A DNA stretch of 64,000 bases from Spirochaetaceae bacterium. Lineage in GTDB: Bacteria > Spirochaetota > Spirochaetia > DSM-2461. Of this stretch, positions 1 to 10,117 are shown in pieces (positions within the stretch are counted from its first letter, which is position 1; every line of letters starts with the position of its first letter). The translations under genes and the position numbers were made by a program. The stretch lies in contig JAOPTT010000005.1 of NCBI GenBank assembly GCA_051531975.1, positions 288,001-352,000 on the forward strand, in the 5' to 3' direction. A model generated the notes under the pieces. It worked only from the letters and a program-made list of their open reading frames with translations, was not told the DNA's origin and ran no database searches.

Positions 1-937
1 CTTTCTTTAATTCACTTATTAGATACCTTCCAAGTTCTAGGGTGTAATTATGACTCTCAAATATTGGATATTTTTCTAGAAAGTCTAATACTGAGTTAAA
101 TGCATAAATAGCTGCAGGGTTTTGTGTACCTGATTCTAATCTTGTAGGAATATCTTTATATTTAACATCTGTTTTATTTGTTATATATGAGACCATATTC
201 CCCCCATATTTTGTTGGAGTAAATTGATCTAAAAGTTCTTTTTTACCATATAATATACCTAAGCCAAATGTCCCATAAATTTTATGAGTTGAAAAGACTA
301 GGAAATCAATATCTAAGCTTGTAACATTTATAGACCTATGATTAATTAGTTGGGCTGCATCTACTAAAATTTTACTGCCTTTTTCATGGCATTTCTCTAT
401 GATCATCTCTAGGTCGATCTCTTGTCCTGTTAAATTAGACATCCCTGTAATTGATGTAATTATTGTATTTTCATCTACAAGATTTAAAATATCTTTTGGA
501 TCTAGTTTATAATCCTGAAGTGGTGCTATCCTACACTCGATATTTTTGTTTTTTGCCAGTTCTATCCATGGTACATAATTTGAATGATGTTCTAACCCTG
601 TTATTACAATGTTAGATTTTTTATTTAAATTATTAGAGATATAACTATTTACTACCATATTAATACTATCTGTAGTATTTGAAGTAAATATAATCTGATC
701 TTGATCTGTCGAACCTATAAACTCAGAAATACGGTACCGGATATTTTCCGTAATACTTGTTGTCTTATATGTATGTAAACTAGTACCTCGACCTGTATTT
801 ATACCCAAATCTGTATAATATCTAGTCTGAGCATCTAGAACAGTTTGTGGTTTTAAACTAGTAGCTGCAGAGTCAAAATATATAAGATCTTTTTGTAAAA
901 ATGGAAATAATAATTTTATATTTTTATTGTCTAACAT
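1..937 (-). CDS. Cysteine desulfurase, SufS/CsdA-like class V PLP enzyme (3' end runs off the window)
   Basis: Not in the ORF track. Manual translation from ATG at 937 (SD AAAGGA) gives MLDNKNIKLLFPFLQKDLIYFDSAATSLKPQTV...EHHSNYVPW...VDAAQ...DFLVFSTHKIYG...RLESGTQN. Confidence 0.85.
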   Translation of the reverse strand, partial: MLDNKNIKLLFPFLQKDLIYFDSAATSLKPQTVLDAQTRYYTDLGINTGRGTSLHTYKTTSITENIRYRISEFIGSTDQDQIIFTSNTTDSINMVVNSYISNNLNKKSNIVITGLEHHSNYVPWIELAKNKNIECRIAPLQDYKLDPKDILNLVDENTIITSITGMSNLTGQEIDLEMIIEKCHEKGSKILVDAAQLINHRSINVTSLDIDFLVFSTHKIYGTFGLGILYGKKELLDQFTPTKYGGNMVSYITNKTDVKYKDIPTRLESGTQNPAAIYAFNSVLDFLEKYPIFESHNYTLELGRYLISELKK

Positions 938-1027
938 TGTATAAATATATCCTTTTAAATAATAAAATGGAATAAGTAGTAGTTTCGCTATATAGAGTGT
1001 ACTATGTTTATTAACAAGGAGATATAT

Positions 1028-2071
1028 ATGCCTACATATTTACTAAAATCGATAAGAAATTTACTTCTGTTTTTAACAGTTATTGTTGTTCTATATGCGA
1101 TGAAAAGTTTAGGAAAAATAATGCTTCCTTTGGTTGTAGCTATTATGTTTATTTTACTCTATGAACCTATATATACAAAAATGCATAAAAATAAAATTCC
1201 TCTGTTATTAATTACTCCTATATTAGCTGTGAGTACAATAGTAATTCTTGTTTTTGTAATAAATATCTTTGTTGATGCTGCCCAGACAATCTTTGCTGAT
1301 AGGGAGGTTTTAGGTGAACTACTATACGACAAAATATTGTCGATATTAACATATTTTAATTCCGTAGTTCCATTTGATCTAGATGAAGACTTATTAGAAT
1401 CCTGGATTGAAAGGCTAGTATCTAGTAGCTCTATATCATCTTTTGCAGGTAGTAGTTTTTCAGCATTAAGTTCTTTTAGTTCCTCATTTTTTATGTTTAC
1501 TCTTTATTTTTTAATACTTTTATTTAGTATGCCTGGTTACAATAAATATATTAAATATATTGCAGGTAGTGATAAAAGGTTTTTATTAACATCAAAACAT
1601 ATTCAGAAATCAATAGGTTCTTATATGACAGTAAAATTTATTGTTAGTTTAATAACTGGTCTAATTGCATTGTCAGCCTGTAGTATCTTTGGTGTAAAAT
1701 ATGCAGTTTTCTGGGGATTTATGACATTTCTTCTTAACTTCATACCAACAATTGGATCTATAATTGCAACAACACTTCCTGCCTTAATGGCAATAGTTCA
1801 ATTTGATTCTCCATTTAGAATCATTCTTTTTATCTTAATCCTCTTTGGAGTACAAATATCTATAGGTCAAGTTATTGAACCTAGGATAATGGGGAACAGA
1901 CTAAGTTTAAATACTGTAACAATTATATTTGGTCTTGTTTTTTGGTCGTTTATTTGGGGAATACCAGGAGCATTTTTATCTGTACCACTATTGGTGATTT
2001 TAAAAATATTTTTACAGAATAATGAATCTTTTGTATTTATGAGCCGAATTATGGGGCAGCCAGAAAAGTAA
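1028..2071 (+). CDS. AI-2E (UPF0118/PerM) family transporter
   Basis: Multi-TM protein with FLLNFIPTIGS, EPRIMG and WGIPGAFLSVPL motifs. ATG at 1028 has SD AAGGAG; the ORF track starts at 1004. Confidence 0.85.
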   Translation: MPTYLLKSIRNLLLFLTVIVVLYAMKSLGKIMLPLVVAIMFILLYEPIYTKMHKNKIPLLLITPILAVSTIVILVFVINIFVDAAQTIFADREVLGELLYDKILSILTYFNSVVPFDLDEDLLESWIERLVSSSSISSFAGSSFSALSSFSSSFFMFTLYFLILLFSMPGYNKYIKYIAGSDKRFLLTSKHIQKSIGSYMTVKFIVSLITGLIALSACSIFGVKYAVFWGFMTFLLNFIPTIGSIIATTLPALMAIVQFDSPFRIILFILILFGVQISIGQVIEPRIMGNRLSLNTVTIIFGLVFWSFIWGIPGAFLSVPLLVILKIFLQNNESFVFMSRIMGQPEK

Positions 2072-2079
2072 CATATATA

Positions 2080-2109
2080 AGATCCCATTAAATATATTTA
2101 ATGGGATCT
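2080..2109. terminator. Bidirectional terminator hairpin between convergent genes
   Basis: Perfect 30-bp palindrome agatcccattaaatatatttaatgggatct. Confidence 0.75.
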
Positions 2110-2116
2110 AAAATTA

Positions 2117-4033
2117 CTAAACTGTTAATGCTAATTCATATGCAGTATTAATGCCTTCTATAGCCTTTCCAACTTCCATTGCATCACCAATTATTGAGGT
2201 TTTGTATCTATCTTTAATACTATTTCCCAATATATCATTTGGCTTCGATCCTGTTGCTAAAACAACCTGATCAGCATTTATAGAAATTACACCTTCTGGA
2301 GTTTCTACACTAATTGTATTGGTATTAATTTCTAATACCTTTGCACTAGTAATTATTTCAACACCATTATCTTTTAATGATTCTAGTAGGAACTGCTTTG
2401 CACCACCTTCCATATCAATTGCAATTTCAGGTAACATTTCAACTATTGTAACTTTTTGGTTTAAAACAGCTATATGTTGAGCTGTTTCTACTCCAACTAA
2501 ACCACCACCAATCATAACAATGTTTCCAGCTAAGTCTACTTCACCTTTTAATACCTGTTCTGCACTAAATACATTTGCATTTTTAATTCCTGGAATAGGT
2601 GGGAATGTTGCTTCTGAACCTGTTGCTGTAATTATATGATCCGGATTTATTGAATTTATTAACTCTTCAGAAACCTCTGTATTTAGAACTATTTTAGCCC
2701 CAGATTTCTCTAGTTCATTTTTTTGCCATACAGTAAGAGTATTTAATAACTCTTTTCCTGGAGGAACTGCAGCTAATAGCCACTGTCCACCAAGTCTATC
2801 TGCTTTATCGTATAGAGTTACATCGTGACCTCTTTTAGCAGAAACTATTGCAGCTTGCATACCAACTGGTCCACCACCAACAACCATAACTTTCTTTTTA
2901 TCAGATGTTTCTTTAATTGCATAACTTTCTTCTTTACCTGTTAAAGGATTAACTAAACAAGAGATAGGTTTATTTTGTAATAAGTGGCTCCAACAACCCT
3001 GTCTACAACCAATACAGTGGAGAATTTCATCTGTTCTGCCTTCTTTAGTTTTATTAGGTAACTGAGGGTCAGCAATAGAAGCACGACCCATAGCTATAAA
3101 GTCTGCCTTCTTCTCTCTTAATAAGGATTCTGCAACTTCAGGATAGACAATTTTGTTTACAGTAATAACAGGAATATCTACAACTTTTTTGATCTCTTTA
3201 GAAAAATTTGAGAAGACAGCTGTATTAACAGAAGTTGTTGCACATAACATAGCATTACTTTTATATACACCACCAGAAGCATGAATTGCAGCAATACCTG
3301 CATCTTCAAGTTCTATTGCAATAACTTTAGTATCTTCTATAGAAAGGCCACCTTCTACCAACTCTTCTGCTGAAATTCTATAAGTGATTGGGTAGTCTAT
3401 TCCAACTAACTCTTTTGCTCTAGCTATTATTTCTAGCGGGAATCGCATTCTATTGTTAAAGTTTCCACCATATTTGTCAGTTCTTTTATTTGTAAAAGGT
3501 GAAACAAACTGATTAATAAGGTATCCATGAGCACCGTGAATTTCAACCGCATCGTAACCAGCATCTTTTCCACGTCTAATAGCCTGTGCAAATTTTTCTA
3601 CAAGGTCTTCTACTTCAGATGTAGTTAACTCTCTTGGAGTCTCAGGTAGAATAGGGTCTTGTATTGGAGATGGGGCAACAGGTCTTTCTCCAATTATAGA
3701 ACTATGAGACTGCCTACCTGCATGGTAAACTTGTAGTGCTAATTTTGCACCAGCAGCATGAACTCTTTCTACTAATTCTTTGTGTTCAACCATCATGTCA
3801 TCTGACCAGACAGCTGGTATACATTTAAATCCAGATCCAAGTTTATCAACTACATTATCCTCACAAATAATTAATCCCCAACCACCTTTGGCTTTCTCTT
3901 CATAATACCGAATGTATCGTTCTGTCAGTCTACCATCTTCAGCAGCGAACTCTGTTAACATTGCAGGTACAATCAATCTATTTTTGATTTCTAAAGTACC
4001 AATTTTTCCTGGTTTAAAAATTTCTTTAAACAA
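2117..4033 (-). CDS. NADH:flavin oxidoreductase (OYE barrel + 4Fe-4S + FAD/NAD domains; 2,4-dienoyl-CoA reductase/BaiH-like)
   Basis: HGAHGYL, CIGCRQGC...C cluster motif and two GGGxxG Rossmann motifs. TTG at 4033 follows SD GAGGAG; the ORF-track ATG is at 4048. Confidence 0.88.
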   Translation of the reverse strand: MFKEIFKPGKIGTLEIKNRLIVPAMLTEFAAEDGRLTERYIRYYEEKAKGGWGLIICEDNVVDKLGSGFKCIPAVWSDDMMVEHKELVERVHAAGAKLALQVYHAGRQSHSSIIGERPVAPSPIQDPILPETPRELTTSEVEDLVEKFAQAIRRGKDAGYDAVEIHGAHGYLINQFVSPFTNKRTDKYGGNFNNRMRFPLEIIARAKELVGIDYPITYRISAEELVEGGLSIEDTKVIAIELEDAGIAAIHASGGVYKSNAMLCATTSVNTAVFSNFSKEIKKVVDIPVITVNKIVYPEVAESLLREKKADFIAMGRASIADPQLPNKTKEGRTDEILHCIGCRQGCWSHLLQNKPISCLVNPLTGKEESYAIKETSDKKKVMVVGGGPVGMQAAIVSAKRGHDVTLYDKADRLGGQWLLAAVPPGKELLNTLTVWQKNELEKSGAKIVLNTEVSEELINSINPDHIITATGSEATFPPIPGIKNANVFSAEQVLKGEVDLAGNIVMIGGGLVGVETAQHIAVLNQKVTIVEMLPEIAIDMEGGAKQFLLESLKDNGVEIITSAKVLEINTNTISVETPEGVISINADQVVLATGSKPNDILGNSIKDRYKTSIIGDAMEVGKAIEGINTAYELALTV

Positions 4034-4059
4034 CTTAAATCTCCTCATGATTTTATATC

Positions 4060-5400
4060 TTAACGGTTTACCACTCGAACTTGAGCAAACTGTCTATGCC
4101 CTTCTGGTGAACCGTGGAATCCAAATCCACTCTGTTTTGCCCCAACCCAAGGTGCATCTCCTGAACCTCCAACACCCTGATTGATACCGATCATTCCAGC
4201 TTCTAACTCATCTGCGACCCTGTTGGCATCCTTTTTTCCAAAAACCACAGCTCCCAGACCATAATTAGAGTTATTTGCTCTTTTAATAACATCCTCAATA
4301 GAGCTGAATCTACTTATGGCAATTACTGGTCCAAATGTTTCGAATTCTTCCATTAACATTTCTGAAGTCATACCTGTTAATACCACTGGCTTTATATAAG
4401 GTGGCGTCTGTTCTGGGCTACCAAGTAAAAAGTTTGCACCTCTGTTTTTTGCATCTAATAGATGATCGACTATTTTATTAAACTGCTTCTTATTGATTAT
4501 TGGACCTATATTTACCCCTGGTTTATCCCAGGGACCTACACTGTACTGTCCAGCTAATTGTGTAACCATTTTCTCAAACTTATCTGCAATATTTTCATGA
4601 ACATAAATTCGTTCTGTTGCTATACACATCTGTCCAGCATTTTCAAAACTGCTACCTGCTGCAAATCTTACAGCCCCTTCTATATCTGCATCTTCTAAGA
4701 CAATCATTGGATCGTTTCCACCTAACTCCATAACTAGACGTTTAAGTCCACTAGAAGCAGTTTTCATTATCTGTTTTCCAACAGCCATAGAACCTGTAAA
4801 TGCTATTAAATTCAGGTTTGATTCAACCAATGCTTGACCCTGTTCTCCATCCCCATAAATTATCTGAAGAAGGTTTTTAGGCAGGTGTTCATTTAAATAT
4901 TCAACATATTTTTTTGCAATTAATGGAGTCTCTTCCGATGGTTTAAAAACAACAGCATTTCCAGCAATTAAACTAGGAACTATTAAGTTATTTGCCATAG
5001 ATAGTGGATAGTTCCAAGGAGATATTACTCCAACAACACCTAGAGGTTTATACTCAATAAATGAACCACTACCTAAACTAGTTGTTTGTAGTGCTTCTTT
5101 TGCTGAACTTGCTATCCAACTACCACCAAATATCGTCCCTCCAACTTCTCCTGAGGAACGCCTAATATCTTTACCCATCTCTCTACTTAAGAGCTGAGAT
5201 AACTCTTGTTGATATGGTTCTAAAGAGTTAAAAGCCTTAGAAATAATATTACATCTCTCATCAATGTTTTTTTCTCTCCACTTCTTACTGGCTATATGGG
5301 CGTCATCTACTATCTCTGTTATCTGTGGTATAGAAGTCGCTACCACTGAATCAACTATTTCCCCTGTTGCTGGGTTATATGAATTAAATTGTCCTTCCAT
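4060..5400 (-). CDS. NAD(P)-dependent aldehyde dehydrogenase
   Basis: PWNYP, KPSEETP, FTGS, ELGGND, GQMC (catalytic Cys) and ETFGPV motifs. Confidence 0.92.
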   Translation of the reverse strand: MEGQFNSYNPATGEIVDSVVATSIPQITEIVDDAHIASKKWREKNIDERCNIISKAFNSLEPYQQELSQLLSREMGKDIRRSSGEVGGTIFGGSWIASSAKEALQTTSLGSGSFIEYKPLGVVGVISPWNYPLSMANNLIVPSLIAGNAVVFKPSEETPLIAKKYVEYLNEHLPKNLLQIIYGDGEQGQALVESNLNLIAFTGSMAVGKQIMKTASSGLKRLVMELGGNDPMIVLEDADIEGAVRFAAGSSFENAGQMCIATERIYVHENIADKFEKMVTQLAGQYSVGPWDKPGVNIGPIINKKQFNKIVDHLLDAKNRGANFLLGSPEQTPPYIKPVVLTGMTSEMLMEEFETFGPVIAISRFSSIEDVIKRANNSNYGLGAVVFGKKDANRVADELEAGMIGINQGVGGSGDAPWVGAKQSGFGFHGSPEGHRQFAQVRVVNR

Positions 5401-5411
5401 CTCTTTTCTCC

Positions 5412-6506
5412 TTAAATGAATTGCTTAATTATTTCTTCAGTAAAAGTTTCAACATTTGATATGGTTATGTTGTAGTCACCTATAGATTTCTTAACAAGTT
5501 CTAGTTTGTAATTGTCTTTTAGATCATTTAAGTTGTTAAAAATACCTATTCGGCGACCAACCATAAAGTACATCCGCTCTACAGAGCTTAAGTTTAAAAA
5601 ATCTTCAATTGGGTTTATTATGTTTTGTCTTTCTTGGGGGAATTGACCTTCTGATTCTTGCAGCAAGTTAAGAATGTGGTCACTTTTTACACTGCTGGTA
5701 ATACCCTTTAAATTTGTGAGGAACAGGTGAATCTCTTTAACTTTATCTATATCTCCAAGTGGGATAAACTTTCCATTTGAAACATCCAAGGATAGTTCTA
5801 CATCTCCAGGGATACCAAGTGTTCTAATTCTAATAAAGTCAGGATTTATCTGGTTAATAATATCTGCTGTTTCTAATGCATTCTCTTTAGATAACTCTTT
5901 ACCACCTAAACCAGGCATAAAATATTCTGATAACTCAATGCCAGCTTGTTTTACTTTTATACCTGCAATAATTTGGGTCTCTTTATCAACACCTTTATTT
6001 ATAAATTCTAGTACCTTTGGACTTCCAGATTCCATACCGATATGAATTCTATTTAGGCCAGCAATTTTTAATCTCTTCATATCTGTATCAGAAATTTTTG
6101 AAACAGATTGTGCTCTTGCATAGGATGTTACTCTTTTTACTTTTGGAAAAATGACTCTGATATGTTCAAGAACTCTAACTAAAGTATCTGGTTTAATAAC
6201 CAATGTATTTGCATCTTGTAAAAAGACAGATTCCATTCCTGTTTGTAGCCATCTATTAACCATGGATAAGATTCCAGAGTCAACATTAGGTTTCTCTCCT
6301 AGTAATAATGAGTCAACTATCTGTTTAATTTTATTAATATCTTTAATTACATCTTCTTCTGACCTAATACTAAATTTTGTATCATTGTATAGACCACAAA
6401 ATTTACACTTATTCCAAGGACAGTTTCTTGTCACCCGAACCATTAAACTATTGGCTTCGCTTGGAGGGCGAATAGGTCCTATTTCAATTCCGTTGTATTG
6501 TTCCAT
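5412..6506 (-). CDS. Radical SAM protein of unknown function
   Basis: IRPPSEA N-terminus, CPWNKCKFC (Cx4Cx2C), FLQDAN and GMESGS motifs. Confidence 0.85.
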   Translation of the reverse strand: MEQYNGIEIGPIRPPSEANSLMVRVTRNCPWNKCKFCGLYNDTKFSIRSEEDVIKDINKIKQIVDSLLLGEKPNVDSGILSMVNRWLQTGMESVFLQDANTLVIKPDTLVRVLEHIRVIFPKVKRVTSYARAQSVSKISDTDMKRLKIAGLNRIHIGMESGSPKVLEFINKGVDKETQIIAGIKVKQAGIELSEYFMPGLGGKELSKENALETADIINQINPDFIRIRTLGIPGDVELSLDVSNGKFIPLGDIDKVKEIHLFLTNLKGITSSVKSDHILNLLQESEGQFPQERQNIINPIEDFLNLSSVERMYFMVGRRIGIFNNLNDLKDNYKLELVKKSIGDYNITISNVETFTEEIIKQFI

Positions 6507-6525
6507 TATTAGTCCTTATTTACTA

Positions 6526-6539
6526 ACCTACTAGTAGGT
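6526..6539. promoter_or_regulatory. TetR operator, copy 2 (upstream of the radical SAM gene)
   Basis: Perfect palindrome ACCTACTAGTAGGT, matching the site upstream of tetR. Confidence 0.75.
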
Positions 6540-6560
6540 AGGGTTCATGGTTAAAAAAAA

Positions 6561-7124
6561 TTATACTATCCAGGTTTTAATCATTTGAATTGCTGTTTTT
6601 GTAAATAATTCATCTCCGCCAAATGCTCTAGCTGATACCTGCGTCCCAATTAAAAATGAGTAGTATAGGTATGCTACATCTGTTGCATCCTGGTCAAATG
6701 TTAGAGATCCATCATCTTTTCCTTGTTTAAATGCCTTAGAAAATATGTGTACTGTGTTTTTTATAGTCTTTTCTAGTATCTCTTTTGAATTATCCTGTAA
6801 GGAGTTAAGATCGGCGCTAAATGTTCCAACTAGACATAGCTGCTGTTTTACAAGACCGTCTCTAAATATATCAGCGAGTTGTTGTAATTTTTCTGGTGCA
6901 CTGATATTACTCTCGACTATTGATCGATAGTTATTACCGTAGATTGTATCACATCTATTTAATAGCGCCTCTACTAGATCTTCTTTTTTAGGATAGTGGT
7001 GGTGAATACTAGCTTTTTGCATACCGATGGCTTCACTTATGTGTTTATAACTCATACCATTTAAGCCATATTGTCGAATTAAGTTTTCTGCGATATCCAA
7101 AATTTGTAATTTTGTGCTTGTCAT
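6561..7124 (-). CDS. TetR/AcrR family regulator (NemR-like C-terminus)
   Basis: N-terminal HTH (ILDIAENLIRQYGLNGMSYKHISEAIGMQKASIHHHYPKKEDL) and an LCLVG cysteine motif. Confidence 0.9.
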   Translation of the reverse strand: MTSTKLQILDIAENLIRQYGLNGMSYKHISEAIGMQKASIHHHYPKKEDLVEALLNRCDTIYGNNYRSIVESNISAPEKLQQLADIFRDGLVKQQLCLVGTFSADLNSLQDNSKEILEKTIKNTVHIFSKAFKQGKDDGSLTFDQDATDVAYLYYSFLIGTQVSARAFGGDELFTKTAIQMIKTWIV

Positions 7125-7130
7125 AAGCCT

Positions 7131-7159
7131 AATCTACCAACTAGTAGGTAGATTGTCAA
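7131..7159 (-). promoter_or_regulatory. tetR sigma70 promoter with overlapping operator, copy 1
   Basis: Minus strand TTGACA-17-TAGATT-6nt-ATG. The 24-bp near-perfect palindrome AATCTACCAACTAGTAGGTAGATT (7131-7154) spans the spacer and -10. Confidence 0.8.
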
Positions 7160-7167
7160 TATTTATT

Positions 7168-8112
7168 TTATATATAACCTAAACTCTTCAGTATAAAAAT
7201 TCCACCACCAATAGTAAAAATTGATCCTAAAGTTGTAATTAAAATTATATTGGCAGCTAATTCACTGTTACTACCCATGGCTTCTGCCATAACATAACTG
7301 GATACTGCTGTTGGTGCCCCTAAGATAATAAATATAGCGCCTAAAGATACTCCTCTAAACCCTGCAACTATTAATATTAATGCAGCAAGTGCTGGATATA
7401 TAATTATTTTAATTACTGAAGCTGAAATAGCTATAGATATGTCTTTCTTAAATGAGTGAAAACTTAATGAACCACCGACGCCTAATAAAGCTAAAGGAAG
7501 TGTCATTCTAGCAATATAATTTAAGTATTTATTAACAATTATTCCGGTTTCTATATTAAAAATTGAGAAGGGAAGTGCTACTAATGCAGCAATTATTAGA
7601 GGGTTTGTAATAATAGCTTTTAGTATCAACAGTCCGGAGCCTTTTCTACCATTTTCTAGGGATATAGTTAAAACTAAAACAGCGTATATATTATACAATG
7701 GGAATGTAAAAAGCATTAAAATAGAGCTTTTAGTAAGACCAACCTCACCAAATAAGTTGTAAATTATCGCTAAACCAATAATTGCTATATTACTTCTAAA
7801 AGCACCTTGAATAAATACTCCTCTAGAAGCACCATCTTTAATAATGAATCCAGAAACTATAAATAGTATCAAAACTGTTACAGACACAATAATAATAATA
7901 AACATGATCTCTTTAGGGTTTATGGCCTGGGTAAAGTTTGATTTACTTATATTTAAGAATATTAAAACAGGTAGAGCTACTTTAAAAACTAGTTTGGAGG
8001 CTTTTGATATAAAATCAGCATCAATTAATTTTACCTTTTTAAGTACAACACCAGTTACAATTAAAAGAAACACTGGTAGTACGGCGTTTAGTGAGTATAT
8101 AAGATTGTTCAT
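7168..8112 (-). CDS. AEC (auxin efflux carrier/malate permease) family transporter
   Basis: FKVALP, FRSNxAIIG, NPLI and APTAVSSYVMA motifs; about 10 TM helices. Confidence 0.88.
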   Translation of the reverse strand: MNNLIYSLNAVLPVFLLIVTGVVLKKVKLIDADFISKASKLVFKVALPVLIFLNISKSNFTQAINPKEIMFIIIIVSVTVLILFIVSGFIIKDGASRGVFIQGAFRSNIAIIGLAIIYNLFGEVGLTKSSILMLFTFPLYNIYAVLVLTISLENGRKGSGLLILKAIITNPLIIAALVALPFSIFNIETGIIVNKYLNYIARMTLPLALLGVGGSLSFHSFKKDISIAISASVIKIIIYPALAALILIVAGFRGVSLGAIFIILGAPTAVSSYVMAEAMGSNSELAANIILITTLGSIFTIGGGIFILKSLGYI

Positions 8113-8151
8113 ATTTCTAATTATATATATTAATTATAAATATAAAACACC

Positions 8152-9609
8152 CTAATTATCTTGTATCGCTTTATCACCACGTCTTTTAATATTTAATATT
8201 GTTGTATCAAGGTCTTGAAGTGTAAGAAAGTATTTTTCAACTTCTTCTTTAATTATTAATTCATAAGCTAAACTGTTTGGTCCTGTTACTTTCTCAGTTA
8301 TAATATCTATATCAGGATTTGCTAATACAGATTTAATAACATCGGCTGGTAAACCTTCTACTTGTAAATCAAAACCTATTCCGGAGTAGATATCATGAGA
8401 GTTAGCTAATTGGTAAGCTTCAGGAGTAGATTCTGCATAAATAGTTGCAAATCTGACTAATTCAATAGCAATTTCTAATGCTAATTTTGGGTTTCTAGAA
8501 GTCCTTGAAATACCAAAACCGTTTACAATACCCCAAGAAGAGGCCGTTTTAGCACCAGCGGGTACTGGAAGAGGGGCTACCCCTATATTCCACTCCCTAG
8601 GGTAAATGTCTTCTTTACCATATTTAGCCTGAAGTCTAGCAAAATCCAAGTACTCATTACCAGCAATCAGCATTCCGTATTGTCCATTCATAAATTCAGG
8701 AGCAACAGTATGAGGTATTGTAAGATCGACATAGGGCGGGATTGAGTTATCAGCATGTAACATTCTAAAAGTTCTCTCTAATGCTTTTGAAAAAGCAGGG
8801 TCTTCGATATTAGATAGTCCCTGTTTATTATAGAACATTTCTCCACCACCTAGCTCCTGAATAGCTTCACCATACCAGTAGATTGGCCATGTTTTGTGAA
8901 GTGCACCATAGAATTTTACGGGATCTTCAGTGAGATCTTCTATGGGATCTTCTATAGGATCTTCTATAGGATCTTCTATAGGATCTTCTATAGGATCTTC
9001 TATGAGTTCATCTATAGGTTCTTCTATGGTAGTTAAAGCCGCAGCAATTTTTGTATATTCATCCCATGTCATTGGTTTTTTAACATCAGGATAAGTTATT
9101 CCAGCACTGTCGAAGATCGCCTTATTATAATATAAAACCCATCGAGTTATTTCGTGGGGTACAGAAAAATATTGATTATTGTATTTTGCTTTTAAATGAA
9201 AGTTACCAAAAGTGGCTTTATAATCTATACCTAATTCATCTATATACTGATCTAATGCAATTAAGATTCCAGCTTTTGCCCATGTCCCTTGGATAATCGG
9301 GTTAGTTATAGCAACTATGTCTATCTGTTCACCACTAGCAATACTAATAGGAAGGTTTGTATTAAACTCTTCAACCGAAGGTAAAATATCGAAGTCTACA
9401 TAACTAAATTTCTCCAACTTAATAAGTTCGTTTAAAGCTTTTTCTAATTTAAGCACCTCTTGCATTTTATCTAATGCAATTACTATTTTAACCCTTTTTT
9501 CAGGAACAGGGGTTGGTTCCCCATTGTTACTACTAAAAGCAGTTGCAACGAAAAAAAACATTAAAGCAAATAAAAATGTTACTCTTTTCATAATAAATTT
9601 ATTCTCCAT
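8152..9609 (-). CDS. Carbohydrate ABC transporter substrate-binding protein with an (IEDP)n insertion
   Basis: Signal peptide, LYYNKAIFDSAG..YP and TWDE motifs of family-1 SBPs. Confidence 0.8.
   Translation of the reverse strand: MENKFIMKRVTFLFALMFFFVATAFSSNNGEPTPVPEKRVKIVIALDKMQEVLKLEKALNELIKLEKFSYVDFDILPSVEEFNTNLPISIASGEQIDIVAITNPIIQGTWAKAGILIALDQYIDELGIDYKATFGNFHLKAKYNNQYFSVPHEITRWVLYYNKAIFDSAGITYPDVKKPMTWDEYTKIAAALTTIEEPIDELIEDPIEDPIEDPIEDPIEDPIEDLTEDPVKFYGALHKTWPIYWYGEAIQELGGGEMFYNKQGLSNIEDPAFSKALERTFRMLHADNSIPPYVDLTIPHTVAPEFMNGQYGMLIAGNEYLDFARLQAKYGKEDIYPREWNIGVAPLPVPAGAKTASSWGIVNGFGISRTSRNPKLALEIAIELVRFATIYAESTPEAYQLANSHDIYSGIGFDLQVEGLPADVIKSVLANPDIDIITEKVTGPNSLAYELIIKEEVEKYFLTLQDLDTTILNIKRRGDKAIQDN
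8921..9028. repeat. 12-bp tandem repeat (9 units) encoding IEDP-like tetrapeptides
   Basis: Four exact ggatcttctata units flanked by degenerate units. Confidence 0.95.
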
Positions 9610-9672
9610 TTTTACATCAAATATCCTGTATACCTAATGCTAGCATATATTCCCCAGAAGGGTATTAACATT

Positions 9673-10116
9673 TTATAACTTTTTGATAACTTCTATGGTA
9701 TCTCCAGGGTTAACTTTTCCTCCAGATATTACCTTAGTAAAGATTCCTTCCCTAGGCATTACACAATCTCCAACTTGATGATAAATTGCACAGTGCTTGT
9801 GGCATTCTTTTCCTATTTGAGTAATTTCTTGAACAGTTTCTCCAATTCTCAGATGTGTACCTACTGGAAGTTCATACAAAATTATACCTTCAGTTGTTAA
9901 GTTTTCTGCAAATCTACCTGTGCAGAGACCTGTTACTCCCTGTTTTCTAATTTTTTCAATGCTCTCATCACCTAAAAGACTTACTTGTCTATGCCATTTA
10001 CCTGCATGGGCATCTCCTTCTATCCCAAAATCCTCTATAAAATTAGCAGATTCGATAGCTTGTTTTGGAACTCCCTTTTTTTCACTTATATTTATTGCAA
10101 TAATTCTACCTGACAT
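9673..10116 (-). CDS. MOSC domain protein
   Basis: GIEGDAHAG..HRQVSLL, FAENLTT, QIGKECH..C and CVMPREGIF. ATG at 10116 has SD GAGGAG. Confidence 0.88.
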   Translation of the reverse strand: MSGRIIAINISEKKGVPKQAIESANFIEDFGIEGDAHAGKWHRQVSLLGDESIEKIRKQGVTGLCTGRFAENLTTEGIILYELPVGTHLRIGETVQEITQIGKECHKHCAIYHQVGDCVMPREGIFTKVISGGKVNPGDTIEVIKKL

Positions 10117-10117
10117 T

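Noticed and set aside
2117..4033. OYE as bilirubin reductase or BaiCD/BaiH specifically
   Set aside because: It has the generic HGAHGYL active site (no HGDR) and no bai context; the substrate cannot be assigned.
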